64,000 nucleotides of DNA, from positions 57,784,001-57,848,000 of the forward strand of contig NC_043001.1 of the NCBI RefSeq assembly GCF_006345805.1. Direction: 5' to 3'. Positions 50,590-63,574 of the stretch are shown piece after piece. A model generated the notes under the pieces. The model saw only the letters and a program-made list of their open reading frames with translations, was not told the DNA's origin and ran no database searches. A program made the position numbers and the translations under genes. How positions within the stretch are numbered: position 1 is the first letter of the stretch; every line of letters starts with the position of its first letter. This DNA is from Octopus sinensis (lineage: Eukaryota).

Positions 50590-51930
50590 GAGTTCAAGAT
50601 GGTGTGAGTGTATGTGCACGTTTCTATGTGTTTGTGTATGTATAGGTGCTTGTATTTGTATGTGTGTTTTTTTTTACTGGTCTTAGAGTACAGTGTGGTG
50701 TGTGTATTGGCTTGTTTATGTGTGTGCTTTATATTTAGCAGGGGGGTGCATGTATATGTGTGCCTGTTTGTGTGTGTGCATATATGTTTATGTCTGTGAT
50801 GTGTATTTGTCAGGGTGCTGTGTGTGCGCATGTGTGTGTATGAGCTTGTGTATATGTGTTATTTCGTGTGTGTGTATGTGTGCGTTTGTGTCTGTGCGTG
50901 TGTATGTTTGTGTGTGCTATGTTGGTGGGGATGTTATGTGCGTGTGCGTGAGTCTGTGTCTGTGTTTGTCTCTGTATGTTTGTAGAGTTATAATTGTCTA
51001 GGTGGTGTGTTTGCATCCGTATGTGTGTGTGAGGGTGCATATGTATGTGTGTGTGACTGTGTGGTATTTTCAGGGGTTCTGTGTGTGTCCGTGTGTGTTA
51101 CGTTTATCCGAATGGTGTGTATGTGTGTGCGTGTACGTACTGTGCATGCTTGCACTGAGTATGCGTTTGTGTATGTGTGTATATGTGGGTGTGGTTTATG
51201 TAGTTTTCGGGTGTGTGTGTACCTGTGAATGCATCTGTGTATGTTATTTTTTTTCTGTGTGGTGCGTGTTTATGTTTAGGTGTATTATTGTGTTTTATTT
51301 GTTTTATTTGTGCAGTCTGTATGTATACGTGTGGGTGTGTTTGTCAAAGTGTCTTGTATATGTCAGGGTGGTGTGTGTTATTGTGTGTGTGCGAAGTTGT
51401 GTGTGTATGTATGTGTGTGTGTGTCTGTGAATGTTGGGATTGTTGGGATTTATTGCGTATATATGTGTGTGTGTGTTTTTTTCTTCAAGTATGTGTGTGT
51501 GGTGTTTTACTGGAGAAGGGGCATATTATGTTTGTGTGTGTGTACGTATGTGGGTATATATGCGTGTGTGTGAATGAGGTGAGTTGTGTTGTATTTGCGT
51601 GTTTGTGTGTATCTGTGTATGCGTGAGTATGTTTGTGTGAGTGTGTCTTGTAATTGTCAAGGCGGTGTGTGGTGTGTGAATGTATGCGTTTACGTATATG
51701 TGTATGTGTGTGTTTCTCTGAGTGTTAGTTGTGATTGCTAGAATCGTATTGCTTGTGTATATATGTATGTGTTTTTTCTTGGAATGTGTGTGGGTTTTAT
51801 GCTCGAGCGTGGGGACATTGTGTTTATGCGTCTATGTATTTGCATTTGTCTATCTGAGTTTGTGTAAGAGGTTTGTATTGTATTTGTCTGTGTGCTTGTA
51901 CAGATGTGTGTGTTTGCTGTAGATGTGTAC
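50590..51930. repeat. ~1.35-kb degenerate GT-rich low-complexity tract
   Basis: Strand-biased TG richness with recurring motifs such as ttgtcarggtggtgtgt. Confidence 0.85.
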
Positions 51931-52045
51931 CTGGGGATATGTTAGAATACGCTGAATTGTGGTCTGCATTATTGAATAAGTATATTTTCCTTATTTATTC
52001 ATGTTTGGTCCGTGGTTCTGTCTGGGTATTGGTGAAGTGGGAAAA

Positions 52046-53270
52046 CTAGGAATTTGGGGGATTTTTTATTACTTTATGGGTTTCGAGTGCTTTTTGTAGA
52101 CGTGGATTGTGTGGTGAGAGGTATGTAAGACTATTTAATGTACCTTGATTGTGTTTCGGTTTTCGTAAGTCTTGGATATCGATTATCTTGGCCCGTTCTA
52201 TTCCATTGTCAACTAACGATGCTGTAGTGGATATCAGTTTCAACGTTGGTGCATTATTATAAGAATGTCTAGAAATGGAGGTTGGTCTTGACTATATTCC
52301 ATTGTAAACTGGATATGGTTGTTGTCACTGTTGATTAAATTTTTGAATTCAATGACGAATGTGTGGGACAATATGATGAAGCAGTCATTCAAGTAGCGTT
52401 TCTAATTCTCCAATATGGAAAGGCAGGCCATATTTTGATTTGGATCGTTCATAGATTGGGGTAACATGAATACCCATTGCAGTCCCTGATACAGTCTGTA
52501 GGTATTGTTATTATAGGTTAAAAAGTTGTTTTGGAGGATAAACTTAAGGCCCTCGATGATAAATTCTTTTTTATTCTTTCCGGGACCTTAGTGGGATATA
52601 TTTTTCTAGCCAGAATTTAATGGCTTCCAGAGTATATATCGATGTGCGATCGATATATAAAGGTTTATTACATCAAAAGAGGCGATGAAAATGTCTTTAT
52701 TGGTATGTTTGGGGAGGTGGTTTAGGAGGGCCGGATCATCACTTACAGTATTTGGTATGTGTTTCAGTATTGGTTTTAAAAGTATATCAAAGAAGTTGCT
52801 TAATCTGTGCGTTTCACAGTTGGGACCTACCACAATTGGTCTCAGTTTGAGATCCGTGGGGTGTAGTAGAATGATGCAGGTTGAGGCGGACTCTTTCCAG
52901 GCTTCGGTAATCATTTTGCTCTTGCGGATTTTCGGAAGCCCTTAGAGGTTTCTGGTTTTCCAGTCAAAATTTGTTAGGTAGTCGGATTCTCTTGCCATTA
53001 AGCTATTTCGATGTTGGAAAATGAGTTTTGTTTAATTTGGAAACAGTTTTTAATTGTTGGTAGTTGACTACTCTTTCATAGGACGTATTATCTTGTAAGA
53101 GGTGAGATACAGAGTTTTTGTTCTTTGTCCATAATTACGACAGTGCTACCCTTATTTGCTTCTTTGAGTGTGATGTCATGATTGTTTTGTAACTCGTAGA
53201 TGAGTTCCCATTCCCTTTTACTGGTATCGGATTTGGTATTGCAAGGAAGGAAAGGTTGGTCACTCCCCTA
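52046..53270 (-). mobile_element. Penelope-like RT remnant
   Basis: ANKGSTVVIMDK, LRPIVVGPNCETHRLSNFFDILLKP, IASFDVINLYISI, VSGTAMG, PPFLDILI, LVDNGIERAK...HNPR. Confidence 0.85.
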
Positions 53271-53307
53271 AAATTCTGTATAAATACTTAATTATGATTC
53301 TATACAC

Positions 53308-53552
53308 TCATGATTTTTGATGAACTTAAAATATCTATAAATTTATTTTATTAGCTATTTTGAACACTTTCATGTAAACTGCTTAAACAAAAAGACCCTC
53401 TTAACATTTTCTTATCATTGTCAAAGATTCTATTTTTTAACATTTTCTTATCATTATCAAAGACTTATGAGTGTATTTTAATACAACTATGATAACCATT
53501 TTTAACACAACAAAGCTTATACAAAGCTTTACATTTTACTTTTGATAATCTT
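53308..53552. repeat. Right copy of the ~250-bp inverted repeat
   Basis: Reverse complement of 48855-49100. Confidence 0.85.
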
Positions 53553-53926
53553 GTTCTAAAAAAAGAACTGTTAAAATTGGATTGCACTCTTCAACACTTG
53601 CACTAAGAATAAGGACCACGTAAGATTACTACCAGCTTTTAGAGCAAGTTGGTGCAATTATTTTATCTCGTGCATCACCGACTTTTAGTTTATGCAATTG
53701 AAAAATGTGCATTATTTATGGGAAGACACAATGTTTAAATGAAAACCAAGAGGAGTTTGAAGATTTTATCACGTCCAAACTCTTTTATTAAAACTTTTCT
53801 ACAACATATTTAACGATGTCCAGCATATGTTTCTACTATAGCAACTGAATATTGCTTTACATTTGGATAGGCGTCATCTATTCCATTATATTAGACAATA
53901 TGTTATGCTAGAATAATTTATCCCTT

Positions 53927-54116
<190 letters not shown>

Positions 54117-54117
<1 letters not shown>

Positions 54118-54309
54118 TTTATTTAAAGCAGCATAAAATTCAACAAAACCTGTTTTGCTAGCAAAAACTGTCCGATGAACGGCAACAGGAAACTCAGAGT
54201 AACAGGTTTTGTTGAATTTTCTGCTGCTTTAAATAAAGCATATTACTCTACCACTGGTATTTGAGTACTCTTATTTCCACCTTGTTTCACATTTATGTGT
54301 TTACTCCGG

Positions 54310-54311
<2 letters not shown>
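54117..54311 (+). ncRNA. ~195-nt hairpin element containing a minimal type-I hammerhead motif (retrozyme-like)
   Basis: 38-bp arms 54117-54154 / 54201-54238 with 1 mismatch enclose CTGT CCGATGA ACG GCAA CAG GAAAC TC A GA GTA ACAG; flanked by (TA)n on both sides. Confidence 0.6.
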
Positions 54312-54366
<55 letters not shown>

Positions 54367-56899
54367 TAGATATATAATCACATACTTTGAAATATGTTCT
54401 TTCCCGACTTTCATAAATGTCTGTGTACACGCATCTGTATGTATATATTGAAATACATCATTGTGAATGATGTACACACCTCTTAGGAAAAGTTCAAAAA
54501 TCGATTAAGGCTATTCATCATTTTTATCAATCTACACAAATAGTAAAAAATTTCATATTTATGTATCTACTACACATATGCTTTACATGCGATCGTGCAT
54601 GCATACATACACACATACATACATATATGTGTGTATGTATGTATGTATGTATGTATGTACGTATGTATGTATGTATGCATGTATGTATGTAAATATGTAT
54701 ATGTGTGTGCGCGCGAGCATTGGGGCTGCTTGATTGGAGTTTTTATGTTATCTAATAATAAAAACAACTTTATATGAATCTGATGGGTCACTCTATACTT
54801 TAGTAGAGTACAAATTTACTATTATTACACAAGAATGTTGTTGACAGTGACTTCAAATTTTATATATATGCATACACGCTAGGTACGCATAAATATAATT
54901 GTGTGTGTGCATGCTTATGGAAGTGAGGTGGTAGATTCAGTATGACGATGAACAAGGTATTTTTCAGTATCATTCGGCTTTTTTTTGCTGTGGTTTCAAA
55001 TCTTACTGGCGTAGACTTTACCGTTGGTCTTTTGTGGATGGGTAAAATAAATTCTAGTTGAGCTCTAAGCCAATGGAATCGACTTTCCTTCCCCTAATAA
55101 TGCTGACTTACTGCTGAAATTTTAAAGAATTATACTCTTTACCGAATATCTTAGATATTTTATTTTAAAGAATATTCAGTGAGATCGCCTAAACAAATCA
55201 GAAGATATAGACTCTAGAAGAATGTGCAAACAAACCCGGAAGAGTAAATATAAGAAGGATGTATAATAACGATGAATGTGTATTTGAGACAAACAACTGA
55301 AGAATTATGTGCTTTAGGATGATGAACATTTTTGTAAAAACAAATTGTAGAAGTGCTACTGTCAAGACATTATCCCACTGGTGTTGGTTTGTCGCTGCCA
55401 TTACAAGTATGAAAAGTTTCAATAATATGGTAATCCATCTTTTGAGATTCATGGAAATTTTAACATTGCTTTTCATTTTACTTTTATTTTTTTCTTCGGT
55501 TTGATACTTCGACAATTTCTACCTACAGATATACAATCTAGATTCCATCGTAAAACGTGTGCCCAGCTTAGTAATAGAGGAAGCCATAAATCCTGTACTT
55601 TTGGTCAATTACACGAGTCTTAATCTCATTTCCAATTGGAATTTCTGCAAATACCATTGTGTATATAACGACATCCATTTGTACATCTCAATTATACCTC
55701 AGTGCCAAGCAATGTTACTTCCTCGAGAATTTCCATTATATATCAGATTATCGGTTTCAGTATAGATGTACTTTATACGCAAATCCACTGTACATGCCTT
55801 CCATTCAGTTTAGTACTTAAATTACTCTCTTTCTGCTAACACGTGTCATTTCTTTAGCAATTTATGTAAACTTTCCCTCTTTCTCCTCCATATCACACAT
55901 TCTCACCTCCATCACCGTTCACATACGCACTAACACTGCCGCTTTCCCATTATGCCACTCTTTCTCTTATCCTTTTCTGCCTCTTTCTGTTATTTCTTAG
56001 CATATAAAGGAAAATTATATGTACTTTTTGTTTATATATCCCAATAATCCATTTCCAGCATTTTACCAATGTTTATTAATTAAATTTCTCTTCCTGCGCT
56101 GTGCTGTCATGAAAATGTATATCTTCTCTTTAAAATCCGCACACAGAACATTTAATAAATTAGTTTAACCGCCTATAGACGCTGGGAAATATATCACAGA
56201 ATAAATAATTGGTACAACTCATTTTCTCAAACTCTTCTTTGTCCTTTTCTCATGCACACACGCTCTGTCATTTATAGAATATTAACTCTATATCACTGTT
56301 TGTACGGCTTTCTTATTCTGCCAATATTTCTTAGCCGATGCAGCATTCTTGGCTCCTGTTCAAATTCATACACATGCATACATATAATATATTTCTCTCT
56401 CTCTCCCTTTCCCTCTTTCTATCTCTTTCCCTCATACACACACATGTAGATACATATTATTTAATAAACACAATATATATTTTTATTTGCTATTAGTTTC
56501 AGGCGGTGAGAGTATGCCGGACTATATACTTAACACGTTTGGTGTCTCAGTACATTCTTCCAAACACTGCAATCACGACAGAGTAAACTAAAAGTGGACG
56601 ATAGGATGAGAGAAAAAGCAAGTCAAGTACATCTAAAAAGTAGAAAGCTGAAAAAGTGGAAAGCGAAAACGAAAGCAGAAAGAATCAGAAGGGGAGGAAT
56701 TAGAGTTATTGACCTTTTCACAGTAAAATACAAGGCTAGATGAACTGTGGTACATTTATTCAATCTGGAGAAGGTGGATCTTTCCAGTTCATCAACAGGA
56801 AATTAACCACCTGATCAAAATCGCCGAACATTTCAAGTTTTGAATTCGGCAGTGTGTTAGAGTCCTTAGGACTGAAAATGATCTGCTTTCTTTCAGCTA

Positions 56900-57110
56900 A
56901 GCATAGCTTACATTATTTTGGTCAGTTAACATATGGTGTAATTTTTCAACTACTTTCCACTTTATCGTATGTGGCATGGCGCACGACTTCAGACTCCATA
57001 CGTAACTAGCCACGTAGATGTACTTTTGTCCCTGTGTCGCAAAGAAGATATGTGATATGCATAGTGATTTTTTAATTCGCCTGCATATAAACCAAGATAA
57101 CACTTCTTTA
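56900..57110 (-). mobile_element. Penelope-like GIY-YIG C-terminal remnant
   Basis: ASYVWSLKSCAMPHTIKWKVVEK resembles the PLE LSxYIWxLK...IKWxI pattern. Confidence 0.45.
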
Positions 57111-57199
57111 GATAAATTTAGGTAACAACTTACCTCTTCCTTCAGTTAAGTGGGCCTTAAAATCACAATCGCTGCTAATCAGCATAAAGTTTATTTTTG

Positions 57200-57950
57200 T
57201 TTATGTTTCCCTACACTTATGAGCCTTACTATAAGCTCAACGAGAAACTTTCCTATAGACATAAGCAGTCTTTTAACCCCGTCTAGAATTTAAAAACCTG
57301 GTGGGTAACATTTGTGAAGAAATTTTTGAGAAGGCAGCCCCCTGCTACTACGATGCCTTAGCCAATATTGGCCTTAAGGACAAATTAATATATAACTCCA
57401 CTAATACTAAAAGGAATAATAACATTAATAGACCTAAAAATAGATCTAGGAAAATAAGTTGGTCCACCCTCTCTTTCCGTTAATGCAAAAACCTATATAG
57501 GTAAAAGATTCTTGTATCACATAGAAAAAAGTTTCCAGAAAATCATTGAAGAAACTACTTAGCAGGCATTGCATGAAATTATCATATAGCTGCTGCTCCA
57601 ATACGAAAAGTATTACTACAGGAAAGTAACTCCAATAACTAGTCCTAGTTGTACATGTCGAGACCCAGGGATGTATTATTATATTCTTCACATATGAGAC
57701 AGAAATTACAGCAACGCAGGATGATTGCACAACAAATAATAAGAGCTATATCGGAATATGTGAAAGCGGTTTCAAAAATCGCTATGCTAATCATATAACT
57801 CTTCCAGCAAAAGGTCAAAGCAAAGCCAATAACTTGGATACCCCCGTACGGGCTATGAAGTCGAATGCTATACTACATAAAGTGGAATGTAATATAAATT
57901 TCCACCCACCCCATACCTCAGATCTAAGATCTGTAACACACTGTTGAAAT
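57200..57950 (+). mobile_element. Penelope-like remnant (thumb + GIY-YIG)
   Basis: YEPYYKLNEKLSYRHKQS, EIFEKAAPCYYDALAN, KTYIGKRFL, RHCMKLSYSCCSNTKSI, KSYIGICESGFKNRYANH. Confidence 0.75.
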
Positions 57951-59192
57951 CTAGATCAGAAATTTTCAGCGATTGTAAGAATATGGATAATTGATTGTTG
58001 ACGAATTGAACAGCTTTAACACAGACTCTAACCTATTCTTTTTCTATCCTTATATTCTACAATCAATATAGGTACATGCACATACACATATGGGTACAGG
58101 ACATCACTAACAGTAAACAACCTGAAATACGAAAATAAATTAGTTCAATACGCTAACCGCAAGAGAGACAAATAGAAAACCGAACAAGGAACAGAAAGAA
58201 TGGCCCTTCATCAGTTGTCGGATGTCTATCTAACTAATTTCGAGCATTGAACGACAATATGAGTCTTCGAAGGCAGTTCAATAGTTCTTCAATAGTTCTT
58301 AGTTCAATAGTTCTTTAATAGTTCAATAGTTCTTCGACATGAGTACCAAAAGTACCAAAATGAAATTTGGGTTTTATGGAGGGTCAAATTTAGGAAAGAA
58401 ACAGGGCAGTGGAGAAATACAATACAAGGAGACTGAACGAAAACAGACGGAGCGACAAAACGAAGCCAGCTATTGGACAAGTTTTCCACAAACTCAAAGA
58501 TAAATAATATCTCTTAATAGTTTCAATCACAATTTGAGTCAAAATAAATACCAAAGTCTCAATCATGAAATGGCTACACAAGGTGTATTCTAACTGCTGA
58601 TATAGATTATACTTAAGACTAGCCGTTAGAGAGGATAAGCAAATGATTTGAATTACTCAAGGCATCCCTTACAAATATGCCAGTAGTAAAAGCGAAACAA
58701 ATTAGACTGATGCCACATCTACTTTCTGAACAAACTAACAAACTGAAAAGATGCAATGCAACGCATCGAGGGCATCAAATGCAGAATTGCTTTTTCGGTA
58801 CGTAGACATACGAAAGAAATAAATGAACCACGCACGCGCTTCTTAAGTCAAATGTTACTTTCACAAACGTTAGGCCAATTATGACCGAAAGATGTGGTTC
58901 ACAGACAACATTCGAATGAAACATCACAAATGTGTATTAAGAAGAACATAGTAACTAAATGTGAACTGCAGGCTAAGCTATTCAAAGTCACCTGTCACTT
59001 TACAATATGTTTCTTGCCGACGCACATAAGCTAAGGGGCCACTGATGACAGACAATACATGTGATGCAAATACCTTTTAAAATTTTTAGATATCTACAAA
59101 ATAGAATCCTTTAACTTAATTTTTATATCCTGGGGGAAAAGATATTCACACATCCTGGGGGAAAAGATATTCACACAGCGCAATAAGATTAC

Positions 59193-59351
59193 CGTTACAC
59201 GAGGTTTAACACTCTCTGTCAACTGCCCACAGTCAATTGTTTACAGTTAATTGCTCACAATTGTCTTTGTGAACTTGACAGTTCTTTAGTTTATTGAAAT
59301 GCGTCAGTCTACTTTTAGGCATATTGGGGTGGTCGGCAACCTTCCAAAACA
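59193..59351 (-). repeat. 3' LTR (~155 bp)
   Basis: Direct repeat of 62168-62316; begins with TG on the minus strand next to the PPT. Confidence 0.7.
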
Positions 59352-59872
59352 TATCTCCTTTTGAGAGTTAGCCTCCCACAACTTCTCCCATTTCTGGTAA
59401 TTAAACTCCCAGTTTTTTTGTCTCTTACGCTTAATGCTTCCGTTCTTTTCCTTTTTTCTTGTGCTAGTTTTTATTTGCTTGGATGTTGGTACCTCAAACG
59501 TGTCGTACAATACTTCCATGGGAATTTCATACGTCATAACTGTTTCTACAGTGAAAGTTAGTTTATAAGTCTTTATAGGACATTTTCTCCTTTTACCTCT
59601 TTTTTAACAGTCTTCCAATCTGTTTAATAAGTATCACCATTCTCCCAGCTTTCTTAACCGCATCTATAGGTTTTGAAAAAAATCAAAAACTTTGTTTCCT
59701 AACTTCAAGAATTTTGAAGGATATTTGTTGTTCGCCTTTTTTTCTAATTTCCCTCGCTATCAGCTTATCAAATACGGATCTGATTTTTCTGGGCAAATAT
59801 CAATTCAGCAGGTGACATTCGTATTAAGTGTTCCTCGGTATAATCTTCTAAATTATAGTGCAAGGTTGTCTA

Positions 59873-60178
59873 TTACTTAATTCTTCGCCTTCTATAACGT
59901 CCTGTGTCAACAAAAAGCTCTATAACATCCTGTGTCAACAAAAGTGCTGCTTTTCCCTGTGGCCTACGATGATACGGCGGAGTGGTTACAGGTTCGAGAA
60001 CGAGGAATTTACAAAAGGTTTTAAATTCGTCTGCAATAAATTGATTCCCAATATCAGACGGAATGGTATCAGGAATACCATATCTAGCGAACATCTTATG
60101 TAAAAAAAATTCTGTACTCGTAGATGTCGGCTTTTTACCCTTATGCACTTCAGGCCACTTTGAAAACCTGCCCACCAC
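59873..60178 (-). pseudogene. Retroviral-type integrase core fragment
   Basis: FSKWPEV...MFARYGIPDTIPSDIGNQF...EFKTFC...TTPPYH. Confidence 0.85.
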
Positions 60179-62167
60179 AACAAGGTAATATGAACTATAT
60201 AGTGAACCTGCGCAATCAACATGCAGATTTGACTATGGAACATCTGTTTTTGGGCACGGTTGCCATTTAGTGATAGGTACTTGTGCAGCTAGGGCAGACC
60301 CTCTGCATGCTTTCAATAGTTCTTCGATATAAAAGTCCCTTGTTGACCAATGCACTTAACTTCTCATTGGCGATTTTATTTTCGACCAATGGAAAATCCT
60401 TTGATAATTGCTTTTGTAGTGTGGCTGGCACTATAAATCTACATGCACACATCAACACATTGTCACACATTCAGAATGGTTTCAAATTTGTGTTGCATTC
60501 AGAAAAATGCATATTTCTATCTTTTTTAGCCCTCAGCATTTCTTTCATTTTGTTCATGAATTTATCGTTTTGTGCTGGTAATTTTGTGTTTTCTGGCAGT
60601 TCATATATGACGTTACACAAGACGATTTAAATTACATTTTCCGCTCGCAACGCAGCAATCACAGTATCTTCAAATCGTGCAGCACCTTCTGAAATCAGTC
60701 TTGATAAACAATCAGCATGTCCTAATTTCTTATATGGTATATACTCTATCTTAAGATCATAGTTTAATAATGTAGTGCCCGTGTTGCAACCTATTACCAG
60801 TATGGGTAGAAATCACGTTCTTCGACTCCAGATAGATAATAACGATAATTATTCTGTAGTCGAAAATTTCTACATGTGAAAATCTGTGAAGGTTTTCATG
60901 TTGAGGTTCAACTTTGAAAAAAACTTCTTCCATTCAACTTTACGGACTTGGTAGCGGAAATTTTGTATCATCAAAAACTCGTTTAAACCAGTTGATAAAA
61001 CCCGTACATACACACATTTTATTGTTTTTTTCTAGACGAAAACTGTTGGTGATTCCTATTCAGCAGACTAAATTCTTTCAATATCTCCACGCTTTCCGAG
61101 TTTACCCAATTCTTCCTTGACTTATCTCAACGCTACGAAAGGTAAAATTCGTGTTGGTTTAAATACAGGAAGAGCATTTTCTTTTACTTGAAACTTCACC
61201 TTTGTTTTGGTGCACAGACCTAATTCATCAGACAAAACTTGAGGAAAAATATTTTTTTAATTTTTTCTTTAATTTGTGGGACGGCTTATCTGTACTGGCT
61301 GAAAAACAATTCACATTTCTACAGAAAATGTTAATGAGCAGGTCCCATAAGTTAAATAGTTCCATCCAATCTGTCCCGAATAAATTTCTATTATTTCACG
61401 CAAAAACTTTGGCTTTTAAAGTTTTTCCACGAAATGTAACGTCACTTAACATTTCGCCATTAAAATGTAATTTCTTTCCTGAAACATCACGTGTACTTTT
61501 CGAACTTTTTTTTAAATCTAGGTCTCCCGATATTTTCCCATGTATCTGCGTTAATTATCGAGATATTAGTGCCTGTATCCAATTGTAACTTTACATTTGT
61601 GTTATCAATTTTTACATACACAAATTTCCTTTGAGGTGCGTTCGTTTTTCTTGTCACTGATAACCTGTTTACGTGATTTTTTCTGTTGAACCTGTTTTGG
61701 GGTTTTGTTTTACTATGGTATTACTTACCTTACCACACTTAACTACCCCATCATAGGTGATGAAATCTCCATCATCATTTTTTACCAATTTTAAACACTA
61801 CCAGCTAGTATTAAACAGGGAACTACTTTCACTGAAAAGTTTCAAAAAAAAAAATTGTTTGATTGAATAAAATCTAAGTTGGTTTCTTCGGCAGAATATA
61901 GTTCCTATATTTTTCGTGTTCGGCAGGGGATAACTTTCTTTAAAGTAGTCGTAATTTTTCTCCTGAGACCAATTTTCCGTTTTTCTTTGAAGATTTTTCC
62001 GTATCTGGAGTGTAACTGAATTCTGCAATTGAATTTGCTACGCTGTCTGGGAGAGTACGATCCTGATGTATTTTCAAACTTCTTGAACATTAATTCTAGC
62101 ACTTGTTGGATAAGTAATTTAACGAAGCGGTGGGAAAGAAAGTATTCACACGACACGATACGATTAC

Positions 62168-62316
62168 TGATACACGAGGTTCAACGCTCCTTGTAAACTG
62201 CTCACAGTCAATTGCTCAGAATCAATTGCTGCTGTCAACTCGACAGCTCTTTATTTTATTGAAATGCATCGGTCTCCTGTTAGTTACATGGGACTGGTCG
62301 GAATCTTTCCACAGCA
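62168..62316 (-). repeat. 5' LTR
   Basis: tacacgaggttcaacgctccttgtaaactgctcacagtcaattg...gacagctctttattttattgaaatgc matches 59196-59305. Confidence 0.7.
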
Positions 62317-62559
62317 TAAATGCAGACCAGATGAAGCCAAATGTTTTCTTGCTCTACTGCAACGTTTTCAGGAGGTATTTTTAATCGAAATATTTCCGGG
62401 GCATTTGATAATTTTAAGGTAAAATTTACATTTTTAGATACACGAATAGAAATGTGTATCTACAACTATCTACGGGTGTAATTTGGGCAAGACTAACACC
62501 TTAGACGTAGGAACACATTCCGAAATTGAATATGCTCTCACTCAGAGGAAATAAAACCC

Positions 62560-63300
62560 AAGTAAACCAAATATGACATACATCAAGAACAATGTTAGAT
62601 TTATCCCAGAACATGATATTCATATTTCCACTTTATGTATTCATGACCTAATCCTAAATTCAAAATAACCGACAAGGCAAACGTACTCTTAATTTAGGTC
62701 AATTTTTTCCACCATAGGAAACAAATACGTTCTAACTTGGATTGCCAACAGACTGGAGTACAGACGACATTGAATCAAAGATATTGATGAAGTTGACCTA
62801 GATTTCGTAGTGGCGTCGCTCATAGCCATATGCGTTTTTGACTCCTGGGTAATAACATCCAAGTGTCTCTAGGAGATGAATAATTGAAGTGATCTAGTGA
62901 AACTAGAACAGCATCTAGGCAGGTAACAACGTAATACACATACAAAATGTCAGTCTATTTAATCAATTATTCTCGGAGATATCGTGACCTGCACATAGTC
63001 AGAAATGTAATTTTGAGAAAAGGTTGATTTTACAACAATGCCCAACTACACAGAATAATGTCCACATTTTAGCGACATATTTGCAGTTTTGCACGATTGG
63101 TCTAATAGCACCCAAAGGCATATCCTCCGCTACTCTTCTGAGATTTTGCTGTCTTAATTATGTGAGGTGCTAATCTTGCCTTAAACTGTTGAGAATGAGT
63201 GCGAAATCTATAATGAGAATGGAAGAAGCCACGATCAAGTGATTGTAACATAGTGGGATTGACTAATGAAAGGCTCAGATGGATCAGTGGTGTCAAGCTG
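62560..63300 (-). mobile_element. Very decayed Penelope-like RT remnant
   Basis: Only weak motifs (AIRPIV; spacing similar to the element at 52046-53270). Confidence 0.3.
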
Positions 63301-63530
63301 AAGAGGTATGAAGTCTAATACGCCTGTGGCATTTGATCTCAGACAAAACAGAGCGGTAACATATTGCAGAATAATATTTTTCCATGATCTAAATTATTCA
63401 TCTATCCACCACCTCAATGGAATAATATTCCTCAATCTTATAATTAAAACACATTAGCATTTATTTCAGATGATCAAACGACACTGTTCTTTCAGAAAAA
63501 TAAATACACTTATACATACATATATGTGTG

Positions 63531-63574
<44 letters not shown>

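Larger units (their letters stand above)
59193..62316 (-). mobile_element. Decayed Ty3/Gypsy LTR retrotransposon lacking RT
   Basis: Two LTRs, PPT-like AAAAGGAGA before the 3' LTR, gag and protease-like remnants, RNase H C-terminus (KKLGHADCLSRLI), integrase core. No RT motifs. Confidence 0.75.

Noticed and set aside
58200-58275. Possible type-II hammerhead on the minus strand (GAAA ... CTGATGA AGGG)
   Set aside because: Stem II could pair, but stem I and helix III cannot be formed convincingly.
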